DNA of 64,000 bases, from the NCBI GenBank assembly GCA_965237525.1, contig CBDEFO010000008.1, forward strand, positions 1,792,001-1,856,000, written 5' to 3'. The notes beneath the pieces are model-generated. The model made no database searches. It had not been told where the DNA came from and worked only from the letters and a program-made list of their open reading frames with translations. Origin of the DNA: Candidatus Latescibacterota bacterium (GTDB lineage Bacteria > Latescibacterota > CBDEFO01). Positions 48,922 through 59,639 of the stretch are shown piece after piece (the stretch's first letter is position 1; each line of letters opens with the position of its first letter). Position numbers and translations under genes: made by a program.

Positions 48922-48948
48922 GTAGGGGCGAGGTTAGCTCGCCCCTAC
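48922..48948. repeat. GTAG-type REP palindrome
   Basis: GTAGGGGCGAG-GTTAG-CTCGCCCCTAC, 11-bp perfect stem. Confidence 0.8.
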
Positions 48949-49365
48949 ATTCTATTTGTTGAACATCCAGATGCTCGCCTAACAGCCGGATTTGCGCTCT
49001 CCTTTCGAACTTCAAAGATACTTGCAAAGCCCACTTGCATCTGCGTTTGACGTCCTCTCTGAAGTCCTCATAAGGTCTTACCGGAAGTATTTCTTCGAAT
49101 TCGACATACTGCGCGTGAGGCAATCCTGCCATAAGTACCTGATCCAATTCGTGTGAGAATCTGCGTTTACGACGGTGCTGACGACCCTCTGTCATTAAAC
49201 CTTGTCGAGGCCGACTACCTTGCCCGCTCCTTTCGCCTCTGGCATCGCATTAGAACGGACCTTTGAGAATGTGAGCATAATCTTTGTATCTTGTCCAGTA
49301 ACATCGTGCTCATCAGGTTTTCAGTCTTTTCCACCAACAATAAACCGGAGCATCATCGTTCACAT

Positions 49366-50646
49366 ATGGATTTAAGGAGAATAATAATAGTTCTGGGTGT
49401 TCTGATGCAGCTCGGCTTCTCCTATATCGCTCTTGCAGGAGATCTCAGGACTAATATACCCAATTTCTGGGCCGCTATTTTCCCCCTATTTATCGTCTAT
49501 CTTATCGCTATATGGGTTGTCAAGCGCAGTGAACATGAGGAGAAAGCTCTCTTTTCTATAGTGATCTTTGCCGTGATTTTCAGACTTACTTTGATCTTTA
49601 CGACTCCGTCGCTGTCGGACGATATATACCGATATTTGTGGGACGGAAGGACTCAACTAAACGGGATAAATCCTTATAAATATCCGCCAAGCGCTCAAGA
49701 AGTGGCTCATCTAAGAGATGAGTACTATCCCTATATCAATCAAAAGCATATCTCCACAATATATCCCCCCCTTTCACAGGCACTCTTCCTGCTGTCATAT
49801 TTTGTAAGTCCTACGATAACGGGGATGAAGTTTGTATTTGTCCTCTTCGATCTTTTGACAATAGGGATTCTTCTGCTTTTGCTAAGAAGACTCGGACTTA
49901 ATCTCAACTACTCTATCGTCTATGCGTGGAGCCCACTTGTGATAGTGGAGACGGCGTCGAGCGGGCACAATGAGGCATTGGCAGTATTTCTTTTACTTCT
50001 TGCTATCTATCTTATAGACAAAAAGAGTGATATGTGGTCATTTGGAGTTTTGTCTTTATCCTTTCTGTCCAAGTTTTTAGCTTTCATATTGTTGCCGTTT
50101 TTTGTAGTCAAGGCTAGGAAGAAATGGGCTCTCTTTCTTTTCCCTCTGATGGCTGTGATAGGATATTTGCCTTACGCAGATGCGGGAAAGCGGCTCCTTT
50201 ACGGACTCGGCGTCTACACTTTAAAGTGGAGGTTTAACGATTCCCTCTTTTCGCTCATATATCATTACGCAGGTTCCTTAGATCTGTCGAAACGAATCGC
50301 AGCTGGGGTCTTCATAGTGTACATGGCATATCTGGTGCTAAGGCAGGTCGATCCTATAAAGGCTGGGTTTCATCTTGTGGGGCTCACTCTGGTGTTGACG
50401 ACTACTCTTCATCCCTGGTATTTGATCTGGATGGTGCCGTTCTTGTGTTTCTATCACAGCGGGGCGTGGATACTCCTTTCAGGTAGTATTCTTCTATCGT
50501 ACCAGGTTCATACTAATTATGCAAACAGGGGCGTCTGGGATACTTCCGACTGGGTCGTATGGGCTGAGTACGTTCCGTTCTACAGTCTGCTTGTATCTTC
50601 TATAATTAACTCGATATACACAAGATATAAGTACAAGCTAAGGTAA
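49366..50646 (+). CDS. GT-C membrane glycosyltransferase (GT87/DUF2029-like)
   Basis: LSDDIYRYLWDG, NPYKYPP, TIYPPLSQ, YAWSPL..E...SGHNE, HPWY. Confidence 0.85.
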   Translation: MDLRRIIIVLGVLMQLGFSYIALAGDLRTNIPNFWAAIFPLFIVYLIAIWVVKRSEHEEKALFSIVIFAVIFRLTLIFTTPSLSDDIYRYLWDGRTQLNGINPYKYPPSAQEVAHLRDEYYPYINQKHISTIYPPLSQALFLLSYFVSPTITGMKFVFVLFDLLTIGILLLLLRRLGLNLNYSIVYAWSPLVIVETASSGHNEALAVFLLLLAIYLIDKKSDMWSFGVLSLSFLSKFLAFILLPFFVVKARKKWALFLFPLMAVIGYLPYADAGKRLLYGLGVYTLKWRFNDSLFSLIYHYAGSLDLSKRIAAGVFIVYMAYLVLRQVDPIKAGFHLVGLTLVLTTTLHPWYLIWMVPFLCFYHSGAWILLSGSILLSYQVHTNYANRGVWDTSDWVVWAEYVPFYSLLVSSIINSIYTRYKYKLR

Positions 50647-50689
50647 GTGCCTATAGACTGCTATCTGTGAACATAATCTTTTTGTGAAA

Positions 50690-52030
50690 CTAATCTTTTC
50701 CTGCTGCTGAACGAAACCTACCCCAAGCCCAGCTTGGTCGCTTACAGATACCATTCTTAAGCCAATTCCCTGAACAGCTCTTTAAATGATCCATAAAATG
50801 TCTCACCTCTCCATTATTGTCCGGCCACAAGGGAGTGCGGGGGAAAGACATCAGCAGTTCTGGGCCGTCCTCGGTCACATGACACACATCTCCGAGCGGA
50901 ACGAACATCTTGCCCGAGTCGGGCAAGGAGAAGATGGCGTGAACGACGGCGGTTGCACCAGCCATGAGGACTGTCTGGTTACCTTCAGTCATGTTCGGAA
51001 GTTCACTGTAGTCCAATCCGATGCCGTGTCCTATGCGACCTCCTTGGATTTCCCAACCATGTTCTGCCGCCTTTTCTCTGGTCGCCGTGGCGATGTGACC
51101 CACCGGACAACCAGGTTTCATTACTGCCAGACCTGCTTCCTGGGCCTCTCGCGTAATCTTGCAGATGTGTTCTAACTCTGTACAGGGCCTCTGAAGCGCC
51201 CCCGTGCGTTGGCCGTGACACCAATAGCCCTTGTAAACGACGTAGGAACAGGCCGCCATCAGGTCTCCTTCCTCCAACACGCGCATATGGGGTTTCACTT
51301 CAAGCTTTACATTCGACCAGGCGGGTGGTGGACCTGAAGCCAACCAATACTTGGCGTGATCGGCACCCTCTCTCCGGATTACTCTTTCCATTTCTGCAAC
51401 TATCTCAATGCCTCGAAGACCCGGCTCGGCTATCTTGAGCATCGTCTCGAAACCCAGGTCGCTCAGACGTGCTGCATGCCGCATCATTTCGACTTCATCG
51501 GGGCTCTTGGCGTATCGCAGTTCCGCAACAATATCCTTTACGGATTTGAACCTTTCGCCCAGACCTTCGCATAGGTTTTGGTGGAAAAAGAAGGACATGT
51601 TTTCAATACCAACGACCCCAACATCCCTTCCTCTAAGTCCACAATCTTGAAGAATTGCCAGTGCTTCCTCGGCAAAACTGCCAAGAGCGTCGCCTTTTTT
51701 CGGATCAACAGCGACGGCACTGGGGTCAACAGCTCTCACCAAGCGCACATCGTCGAGCGGCGAGACCTCCAAGGCTAATTCGCGCATGTAGGGCATCCCT
51801 GCAAAAAGCAGGGCTGGAGCACCCTGGAGGGGGACGACAACCGCCGAATCCACAATGCGGTCATGATCCGCCCATCCGGAAAGATAAGACACATGGCCTG
51901 TCTGGCCCCACTTGTGCTCGATTGGCGGAGAATAGACAAATAGAGCACCTATATCTTCTTCCTCTAAGAATTCTTGAATCTTCTGGAATCGAAGTTCATA
52001 AGTCTCATTTGAAATTATATCAGTCGTCAT
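50690..52030 (-). CDS. M24 family (Xaa-Pro peptidase/creatinase-like) protein
   Basis: LRYAKSPDEVEMMR, KGYWCHGQRT, GHGIGLD. The C-terminal ~40 aa may be a frameshift extension. Confidence 0.8.
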   Translation of the reverse strand: MTTDIISNETYELRFQKIQEFLEEEDIGALFVYSPPIEHKWGQTGHVSYLSGWADHDRIVDSAVVVPLQGAPALLFAGMPYMRELALEVSPLDDVRLVRAVDPSAVAVDPKKGDALGSFAEEALAILQDCGLRGRDVGVVGIENMSFFFHQNLCEGLGERFKSVKDIVAELRYAKSPDEVEMMRHAARLSDLGFETMLKIAEPGLRGIEIVAEMERVIRREGADHAKYWLASGPPPAWSNVKLEVKPHMRVLEEGDLMAACSYVVYKGYWCHGQRTGALQRPCTELEHICKITREAQEAGLAVMKPGCPVGHIATATREKAAEHGWEIQGGRIGHGIGLDYSELPNMTEGNQTVLMAGATAVVHAIFSLPDSGKMFVPLGDVCHVTEDGPELLMSFPRTPLWPDNNGEVRHFMDHLKSCSGNWLKNGICKRPSWAWGRFRSAAGKD

Positions 52031-52315
52031 GAAACCTCCTCCTGGCTATTAGTACGTGTTATGTCCCTTTGGCGTCAAATCAAATCTATTCGTTGTGGTC
52101 AGGTCAAACCGTTTTCAGCCAGGTTGTGGCATTTCCCATAATGTGCTCACCGCTTGGAGTTGGATCTTGTCAACTGTCAATCCTTCAAAGTTGATCTTGA
52201 GCCGCTGGTTCTTATGAGCCGTTGCAAGGTGGGTTGTTGGGCATTATAGAGGCCTTTCTCTACTCTACGAACTACCGAAGCCGCAAGCCGGGTATTGGTT
52301 AGCGTGGGGGAGCAA

Positions 52316-53035
52316 TTATTCTTCGAGAATTTCTGAAAGGTTTCTGATGATTCGGTCAGGATGCACTTGGGTCGCATCAGGCAAACCTTTACCCGCAAAG
52401 TCCACCCAAATAGCGAAAATCCCCAGGCGCTGGGGACCCTTCACATCCCAGTCCAGATTATCCCCGATCATCCACGTATCCTCTGGCTCTACGTTGAGTC
52501 GATCCAGACTATGCACGTAAACCCGTTCATCGGGTTTGCCGACACCAAATTCATCTTCGACAAGGATGTAATCGAAGAGATTGGCCAGTCCGAACTTCTC
52601 TATCTTTCTCCGCTGTTCATCGGCGTTTCCATTTGTGATAAGCGCCAAGCGGATACCTTTTTCCCGGAGTCGGTGCAGGGCTTCGATGGCTCCGGGAAAT
52701 GGCTGGACGGTTTCCTCTCTTTTGGAGGTGTACGAGTCTGCTATTTCGTTAGCCAAAGTTCCGTCATTTATCTTCAAACGATGAAAGGCACCAGCGACGA
52801 TTTCTCGCCGCGCCATTCCTAAGTTCAGGCGCCCCCTACGATGACGTTCGGGATTCTGCCAGAACCAGGTACGGCTTTGCCTGATGGCTTCGAATAGAGC
52901 TTCGGTCTTAAGTCCTTCTACTCTAAACGCAAATTTCTCACAGATTCTTCGCCAAGTCGGCTCTGCGCACTCGGAGAACGCCAGAATTGTATCGTCCAGA
53001 TCAAATAGAATGGCTTTTGGTAGACTATTTTTCAC
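52316..53035 (-). CDS. HAD-superfamily hydrolase (YjjG-like)
   Basis: FDLDDT, LITNG, GKPD, IGDN..WDV.G. Confidence 0.9.
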   Translation of the reverse strand: MKNSLPKAILFDLDDTILAFSECAEPTWRRICEKFAFRVEGLKTEALFEAIRQSRTWFWQNPERHRRGRLNLGMARREIVAGAFHRLKINDGTLANEIADSYTSKREETVQPFPGAIEALHRLREKGIRLALITNGNADEQRRKIEKFGLANLFDYILVEDEFGVGKPDERVYVHSLDRLNVEPEDTWMIGDNLDWDVKGPQRLGIFAIWVDFAGKGLPDATQVHPDRIIRNLSEILEE

Positions 53036-53319
53036 TTATTATCTCGACTTCAAAGAAATGTCCGAAGGATATCCTGGCTCCACCCATTATATCTAACGTC
53101 TTAGTATGTGCTAACCCAGTGCTGACTATTGGGCTTAGGAAGGCACGCGCCGTGTTTTTTGTAATCAGAGCAGCCAAATGGGAGCGGACACAGGCCTTTC
53201 TGTTCTTGTGATTGCCTCCATCCCCAAGAAGAAGACAGCTATCCAGATCCCAAAGACTCCATTCCGTTCGAGCCATTCGCGATCTAATGAGTCATTTATA
53301 TCCCCTAAACTGGATGATG

Positions 53320-54063
53320 CTATGAGCTTTTATTATTCTTCTCGGCGGCGTATGCATGTCCGGCGAAGATCGCTTTGATCTCTGCCGCCGTTTTAGCATT
53401 TTTCAATGCATTAATTCGGGGTTCTTCTTCTTCTTTCAGCGCTCGAACATTGGTAAGAACAGCCTCGAGCTTGTCGGCTGGAAACTTGCAGGCGCCATTT
53501 TCGTCCATGTGGATAATTTCACCGGGAGCAACATCCATGCCTGCCACTGTGACTGGAACATTTACCGCATGGAGGTCCATGTCCCCGTGTCCTGCCGTGA
53601 CACCGCTTAGCATATACTGAAACTTCATGGGACGTATTTCATCTATGTCCCTTGAAGGACCGTTGGATATGGCACCAACACAGCCTATGGCTTTCAACGC
53701 AGCCGTCATATTCCCACCAGACAGTCCCACCTTATCTGCGATCTCCGGTGGAAACTTCTGCTGAAAGACCAGAATGGATGGTCTCTTTGATCCTTCCAAT
53801 GCGTCGATCACATCCATAAAGGACAGGCGTGAGTAATTTGGATCGGGCAATCCATTTACACATGTTACGGCATATCCAACTGTTCTACCTAATTCGGGAT
53901 AAATACAGCGGATGGATTGGTCAGTGTACCAGTTCTCGGTCCAGGGATTGTAAAGTCCAAGACAAAGAGGGTTATGGGGATAGGTGGCGACGACGTTGGT
54001 TATTGACGGTGTATCGTGGTCTCGCAATTCCTCTAACATTTCCTGTTCGGTTAGTTTTGCCAT
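53320..54063 (-). CDS. RraA-family protein (HMG aldolase-like)
   Basis: DTPSITN, VGYAVT, GGNM, GPSRDIDE, PGEIIHMDENG. Start 54063 after AAGGAGG. Confidence 0.85.
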   Translation of the reverse strand: MAKLTEQEMLEELRDHDTPSITNVVATYPHNPLCLGLYNPWTENWYTDQSIRCIYPELGRTVGYAVTCVNGLPDPNYSRLSFMDVIDALEGSKRPSILVFQQKFPPEIADKVGLSGGNMTAALKAIGCVGAISNGPSRDIDEIRPMKFQYMLSGVTAGHGDMDLHAVNVPVTVAGMDVAPGEIIHMDENGACKFPADKLEAVLTNVRALKEEEEPRINALKNAKTAAEIKAIFAGHAYAAEKNNKSS

Positions 54064-54629
54064 TGGTCTCCTCCTTATAAGATTGCAGAATAAGATTGCA
54101 GAATCAAAGCCATGTCCTACCCAATGGGTACAGAAATAAGGTGGATGAGCCAAGTTGCTTCCATGGTCCCCTTTGTTTTCTCTGTTTGCCAATTCCCCGT
54201 TCACTGCCCGCCATCTGTCCTACTCCTTCGACAGGGAGAGCAGGTCCCCTCATTTTTCAGGAGGACCAGTCTCCTTTCTGCTGCCCTGGGGCGACTGCTG
54301 TATCTTCACAGCACGCAGCAGGCTAAGATATGAAAGGAAATAGTGGATGTCAATAGGAATTATGGCTGACTGCAAAAAGCTCAGAATTCAGATGCGTCTG
54401 ACGTTAGTTATCTTTATTCCATGTGCGTCTGAGGAACTTCTTACACATAATTGTCCTTCTCTTAAGGGCACTTCGTGTTCATATTAAAAGAGACAGGGGG
54501 AGAAAGTCTGTTCTGCATTAGATATCTCTATAGGTGAGCTGTTTGATACGATAAAGGCAGAATAGATCAGGGGAGAATACGAGGGTATGGAGGCGATTCG
54601 GAAGGTTTCGGAGAGTTCACCATATCCTC

Positions 54630-55398
54630 TTATACTTTTTCGGCCATCATCCATTGCATGGCGCGACGTGGCACGATTCGCTTGAAGGGGAGCTTGCCCG
54701 GTTCTGTCAAATAGCAGACTATCTCACCCGAAGTTGATGGCCGCATCATCGTCAGGTGAAGACCGTCATTCCAGGTAAATGGCCACTTGGGTGCCCCCAC
54801 CAGTACCAGGTCGCAATTAGATAGGACGTGGCCTTGCTGGATGATCGGCTGCATCGTCGTCAAAAAAGATATGTGATTTGGACCCAGGGCATGGTCGTCT
54901 GCCAGACCGAAAAGTTGTCTGATGCCGACCCGAATAGTGCGTCCCTGCCTCACAAGTTCTTTGAGTGCCTCCAGGTCTCCGAAAATGGGCTGGCCCTCGG
55001 CATCGTTTTCGTAAACCAGACTGAAGTGATCACAGACCAACAACCGATAGATGCCGTAGGGATAGGTATTGCTTTCATCAAGTACCTTATTACCGAGCAT
55101 CCACTTGACATGTGAAAAGGTTCCCGAGCTGTCGTACTTGAACAGACTGATATAGGGCTATTGCGCAATCTCGCCTCGGTGGGTGTAGGAGTGGTGATGA
55201 CTCATCAGGCCGGCAAAGTCATCGCCCTCTCCGGCATAGGTCTGTTGAAAATACAGCGTCTCCTCGTAAGTTTCTGTCGTCCATGTAGAGACGGAGGTCA
55301 GAGCCACGCCGTCCGGCGCTGGCGACTTCTATGGTACTCCCACGAGTAACAGAGAGGTCGGTCTGCTGTTCCAGTGCAAGAATCCAATCATTTCCCAT
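54630..55398 (-). pseudogene. Disrupted hypothetical gene
   Basis: MGNDWILALEQ...DLRLYM, frameshift to ETYEETLYFQQTYAG..., in-frame TAG at ~55158, then continuous with ORF 54630-55100. Confidence 0.55.
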
Positions 55399-56445
55399 TA
55401 TGCCTCTCCAGAATATGTAGATAGCAGTGGTATCTCTTGAGGTTGCTTCTGCACGCCGTGGGCGTTTTCCTGTGGAGTGGAAGTAGCAGCGCACAAAGTG
55501 TCAGCTTTAGTGAGGTGGCAGCAGGCCACAAAGTGGGCGAAGTAATCTCACTTAAACTTTCCCATCTACTATTTGCTGTCCACTATTTTGGATCTCTATA
55601 GTTACCTCCAGACTATTTCGACCTGATATTTGACTACCTTTGGACAAAATCACTTGCCTTATTATCTTTCCTTTTGTATATTGATCTTGACAAAAGTCCA
55701 ACCACTTCGCGGTTTCTTGCCGAAGCCGGGCCATTCCGCCCCTGAAGGCCGGTAGTGAACAACTTTAGAGGTTTGTTTATTGTCTGTCTGGATGCAGAAT
55801 TATCTTTTTAGTTTTAGGAGAACAAAATGAAGACCAACCACTCCGTGGTCTCTTGCCGACGCCCTGCCCATTTTCCCACGCTCTTTTTCGTAGCTATCCT
55901 GCTTATCGCGCCATGCTTAGTCCGTGCGTCCTACGGATTTGATGATAAGGCATTGCAAGAAGCGGACGGTAGTATCCTCAGGTACAGCTCCGCCTGGCTC
56001 TCGTCCTTTTCTCAGTGGCCTGGTTCCATTAACAAAATAGGGGAAATGGGGAGCCTACGCGCTTCTCCTTTTCATCCTTATCGTCACAAGGCAGGATTCG
56101 GGTTGCACTTGCTCAGAATGAGGCGACTTCTGTGTTTACACCAGAAATAGAACTGAACCCCGATGAAAAGATCACAGACTACACAATTATTCAGGGGGAA
56201 GGAGAATCCGTTATCAGACCCTCCGAAGACATGAAGTTGGTGGCCAAATTCACTCCTAGAACTGAGGGCAATATAGAAGATAGATTGGTGATCCTGTCCA
56301 ACGACCCGAAGCGAGAATCGATCCAGATCACACTCATAGGCAAAGGCTTGAATCTTGAAAGACAACGGGCAACCTATCTTGGCGACTATGGGTTAAAGAC
56401 CGATCGCTATAGACCCAATTACGGTGACCACTACTGGCAGTCTAA

Positions 56446-57964
56446 AAGCCTTGTGAAATAGTTATGTCCCAGGCAGCGTCTGAAGCGCCGATTATGGGTC
56501 AAAGAGTAGCATATCGTATCGTTTTGCTGTGGAATAAGCAAAATAGTCTTATCAGAGTTCTGGTCAGCAAGGAACAGGAGCTGTTTGAAGAACAGGATGC
56601 ACTGTCTTTGACAGACAGGGCACACATAGACGCTTTCCCCCTTCTTATGAAAGATACAAGCCTCTTGAGATTCTGTACTGTTGCAACAAGATTCAACTGT
56701 TCATTCAGTGAGGCTGGTCCTCTATAACGGGCTCGTCCCATACCGTGTTGTTGCCTGGCTTCAGCAAAGATATGTTCACTGCGTTTACGGAGTCTCCGGG
56801 AGAGTTTGTAGTCAGCTGTTAATGAGATAGACCGTGCATGATTTCTGGCTTTCGCCTCTCGCACTTTTCTATCCCGTTCGGCCTGAATATGTGCTGGATT
56901 TGTCTTGTTTTTCCATGTAGGAATCGGTTCAATCTTCTCATCGGCTCGCAGAGGAATATGGGGTATGATTCCCCGGTCAAGTACATCAGCGATAAAATTA
57001 CCAGAACCGTAACCGGTATCGGCACTAAGTGTCTGAATGTCTTTGGGCATGGTGTATGTTTCAAGGTCATCTACCATCTTAAGGGCACTTTCGGGCTCTG
57101 CTGTCCCTGTCGCCTGCGTGCCCTGAGTCTCAAGGATTACTCTGCTTTTTGTGTCGATCAGATCATGGCCCATAAACGAGAGAAAAGCCCCTTTGCCCTT
57201 CGATTTGCTGTATAAGCGCGCGTCGGGGTCTGTAGTCGAACGGTGTGTTTGGTTCGTCCACTTTTCACCATGAAAGTCTTTATCCTGAGGATGCCCGGAC
57301 CTACCCTTTGTCTTATCACCTTCAAAACCGATTCCCTTGAGATAATCATCAAGAGAAAAAGGGGGTTCTATCGGCTCAATACTTTTCACTGAAGCATCAG
57401 CTTGTATCTGAGTGCCGTCGACACTAAGGTGTTTACCGCTCACAAGACCGACATCTATGCAACACTGGACTACCTGACGCATTATCCGTTCAAACAACCC
57501 ACTGGATGCCCACTTGTGATTGCGAAGCTTGTTGATCGTGCTCCTATCCGGAACCGCATCATCAAATGTCTGATGACAAAACAACCGATATGCCGCATGC
57601 ATCCCCACTTCCTGACAGAGCCGATTCTCACTCAAATTATACAGATAGCCAATAAGGATCATTCGAACAACTAATTCAGGATCAATACCGGGTCTGCCAT
57701 TGTCAGGGCAATAACAATCTGATACAACGTCTCGTACAAATGAAAAATCAACTGCCTCATCAATCTGACGAAGGATATGATCCTCGGGAACTAAATCCTC
57801 CATCTGAAAATAGTGAAACATCGGATTTGTCTGTTCCTGCTTTTGTGGGGTCATTGTTTCCTCCATGTATAATATTATCAATAACATAATATAATACATC
57901 GGAGCTGCTTTATCAATGCTTGTTCTATACTACTTTCTGAATCTAAGGGTTTTTCACAAGGCTT
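56446..57964 (-). mobile_element. IS1182-family insertion sequence, copy 2 (1519 bp)
   Basis: Same IRs as copy 1, opposite orientation; CTAA duplication at 56442-56445 and 57965-57968. Confidence 0.93.
56499..57854 (-). CDS. IS1182-family DDE transposase
   Basis: Same translation as copy 1 except PPVSL->PPFSL. Confidence 0.92.
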   Translation of the reverse strand: MTPQKQEQTNPMFHYFQMEDLVPEDHILRQIDEAVDFSFVRDVVSDCYCPDNGRPGIDPELVVRMILIGYLYNLSENRLCQEVGMHAAYRLFCHQTFDDAVPDRSTINKLRNHKWASSGLFERIMRQVVQCCIDVGLVSGKHLSVDGTQIQADASVKSIEPIEPPFSLDDYLKGIGFEGDKTKGRSGHPQDKDFHGEKWTNQTHRSTTDPDARLYSKSKGKGAFLSFMGHDLIDTKSRVILETQGTQATGTAEPESALKMVDDLETYTMPKDIQTLSADTGYGSGNFIADVLDRGIIPHIPLRADEKIEPIPTWKNKTNPAHIQAERDRKVREAKARNHARSISLTADYKLSRRLRKRSEHIFAEARQQHGMGRARYRGPASLNEQLNLVATVQNLKRLVSFIRRGKASMCALSVKDSASCSSNSSCSLLTRTLIRLFCLFHSKTIRYATL

Positions 57965-58209
57965 CTAAGAAGGAGATAGTCTTTAAGGCGATCTTTGTCA
58001 CAGTAAGCACAGCCGCGGTAGCTTCAGCTATAGCCTTGATCGCGCAGTAATTATGAATTGTCTCTAAGGTTGCACTAAGAACTCGCTATGGGCAGCGTGG
58101 CCACTGCGTGCGCTGTGGCTACCCGTTTTTCCAGGGGGCACGAATGGCAGCAAGCCCCCGATAGATTCACTCGGGGGCTTGCCACGAAGTGTTCTGTGGT
58201 GGACGATAC

Positions 58210-59574
58210 TTAGATTTCTGTGTGCTCCTCCGGGTCTTCTGAAGCAGTTGTTCCCTCCTTAATCTTATCTTTGTCGATTTTAGTGATTTTCACTTTCGAT
58301 ATTCTTTGACCTTCCAACTCCTCGATCCACATTTTGAGCCCGTTAAACTCGAAACTTTCACTTTCATCGGGGATATGTCCAAGATAATCGTAGATGAACC
58401 CTCCCAGTGTCCCAAAGCTGTCTGACGGTATCTCAGAGTTTAAAGTCTCATTCAGGTTGTGTATGTTTATCTTAGCATCCACTATCCAGGACGATCTTTT
58501 CTCATCCCAAAAAATTAAGCCCTTCTCCTCATCGTATTCGTCCTCTATCTCCCCAACTATCTCCTCCAGGAGGTCCTCGAGAGTCACCAATCCCGCCACA
58601 CCGCCGTACTCGTCCACTACGATAGCCATATGCCTCTTTTCCCGCTTGAAATCTCTCAAAAGCTCATCTATCTTCTTATTTTCTGGTACATAATAGGCCT
58701 CCCGGATCAAACTGCTCTCTCCCTTCTCCTTAATGAACTCTTCTAAAGTGTCATCAGTACTCCAATCCTTCGAACTTCCCAAAGCGTACAAGAGGTCCTT
58801 AGCGTACACCACTCCTTCTACATTATCCACCTTCTCTCTGTAGACAGGAACTCTGGAATGTCCACCCTGCTTGATCATCACCAATAACTCTCCCAAGCTT
58901 AAAGAGCACTCCGCAGCGACCATATCTACCCTCGGCACCATTACCCCCTTGACCGTAGTGTCGTAGAACTCAAATATGCCCTCAATCATCTCCTTTTCAT
59001 CCTCCTCGATCACACCCTCTTCACTTTCTGTCTCCACTATAGTCCTTAACTCTTCCTCCTTTGCGGCCTTATAGTCCACTTCATCCGACAGCAAACCTAA
59101 CAACCTGCTCAGAGCACGCGCGAAAGGGGCAAAGGCAAAGTGAAATAGATAAAAATAGAACCGAAACTTGGGAGCATCTCGGTTTTCGTTATCGTCCTTC
59201 CTGAGGCGATAGGGGATGTTCTCACACAGGACCAGAAAAAGTCCCGCCAGAACTATTCCCCATATAATACCGTAATTTCCGGAAAAATCCATAGCCAGAA
59301 GGACTGTTGAAGTCACAGCCACAGTACCGAGCAAAGTCCGGGCTATCCTTACTGTAAGTCCGAGCTTGTCCCTTGGCTGATAAACTCTTAACATCCTTCG
59401 AGCTCCCACCAAGCCTTCCTCATCCATCCTTAACAAGGAAGACCGCGAAACAGAAGAAATCGCGGCTTCCATCTTAGATAACAGTATGGTCATCAGAAAC
59501 GAAATGACCGCCACAATCGCTTTTAATACGATCCATCCCTGTGTGTTGTTTACTCCAAACGACGACTCGTCCAA
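58210..59574 (-). CDS. Hemolysin/TlyC-CorC family CBS-domain protein
   Basis: N-terminal TM region, VMVPRVDMV, HSRVPVY, VVDEYGGVAGLVTLEDLLEEIVGEIEDEYD, TLGG. Confidence 0.9.
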   Translation of the reverse strand: MDESSFGVNNTQGWIVLKAIVAVISFLMTILLSKMEAAISSVSRSSLLRMDEEGLVGARRMLRVYQPRDKLGLTVRIARTLLGTVAVTSTVLLAMDFSGNYGIIWGIVLAGLFLVLCENIPYRLRKDDNENRDAPKFRFYFYLFHFAFAPFARALSRLLGLLSDEVDYKAAKEEELRTIVETESEEGVIEEDEKEMIEGIFEFYDTTVKGVMVPRVDMVAAECSLSLGELLVMIKQGGHSRVPVYREKVDNVEGVVYAKDLLYALGSSKDWSTDDTLEEFIKEKGESSLIREAYYVPENKKIDELLRDFKREKRHMAIVVDEYGGVAGLVTLEDLLEEIVGEIEDEYDEEKGLIFWDEKRSSWIVDAKINIHNLNETLNSEIPSDSFGTLGGFIYDYLGHIPDESESFEFNGLKMWIEELEGQRISKVKITKIDKDKIKEGTTASEDPEEHTEI

Positions 59575-59639
59575 AGATAAAAACCCCTTTCGAGTTTAAA
59601 GGAAAAAGATCAGATCTCCTGATTCCTTATTTTCTGATC

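Larger units (their letters stand above)
55827..58050 (+). pseudogene. Degraded secreted Ig-like (ASH/choice-of-anchor-D-like) gene interrupted by IS copy 2
   Basis: FTPRTEG...LVILSNDP....ITLIGKG motif; after the IS the frame resumes SKKEIVFKAIFVTVSTAAVASAIALIAQ* (to 58050). Confidence 0.55.

Noticed and set aside
48977..49051. attC-like GTCAAAC...GTTAGGC (minus strand) after a gene remnant
   Set aside because: Inner pairing is weak and there is no intact cassette ORF; unsupported without a covariance-model scan.
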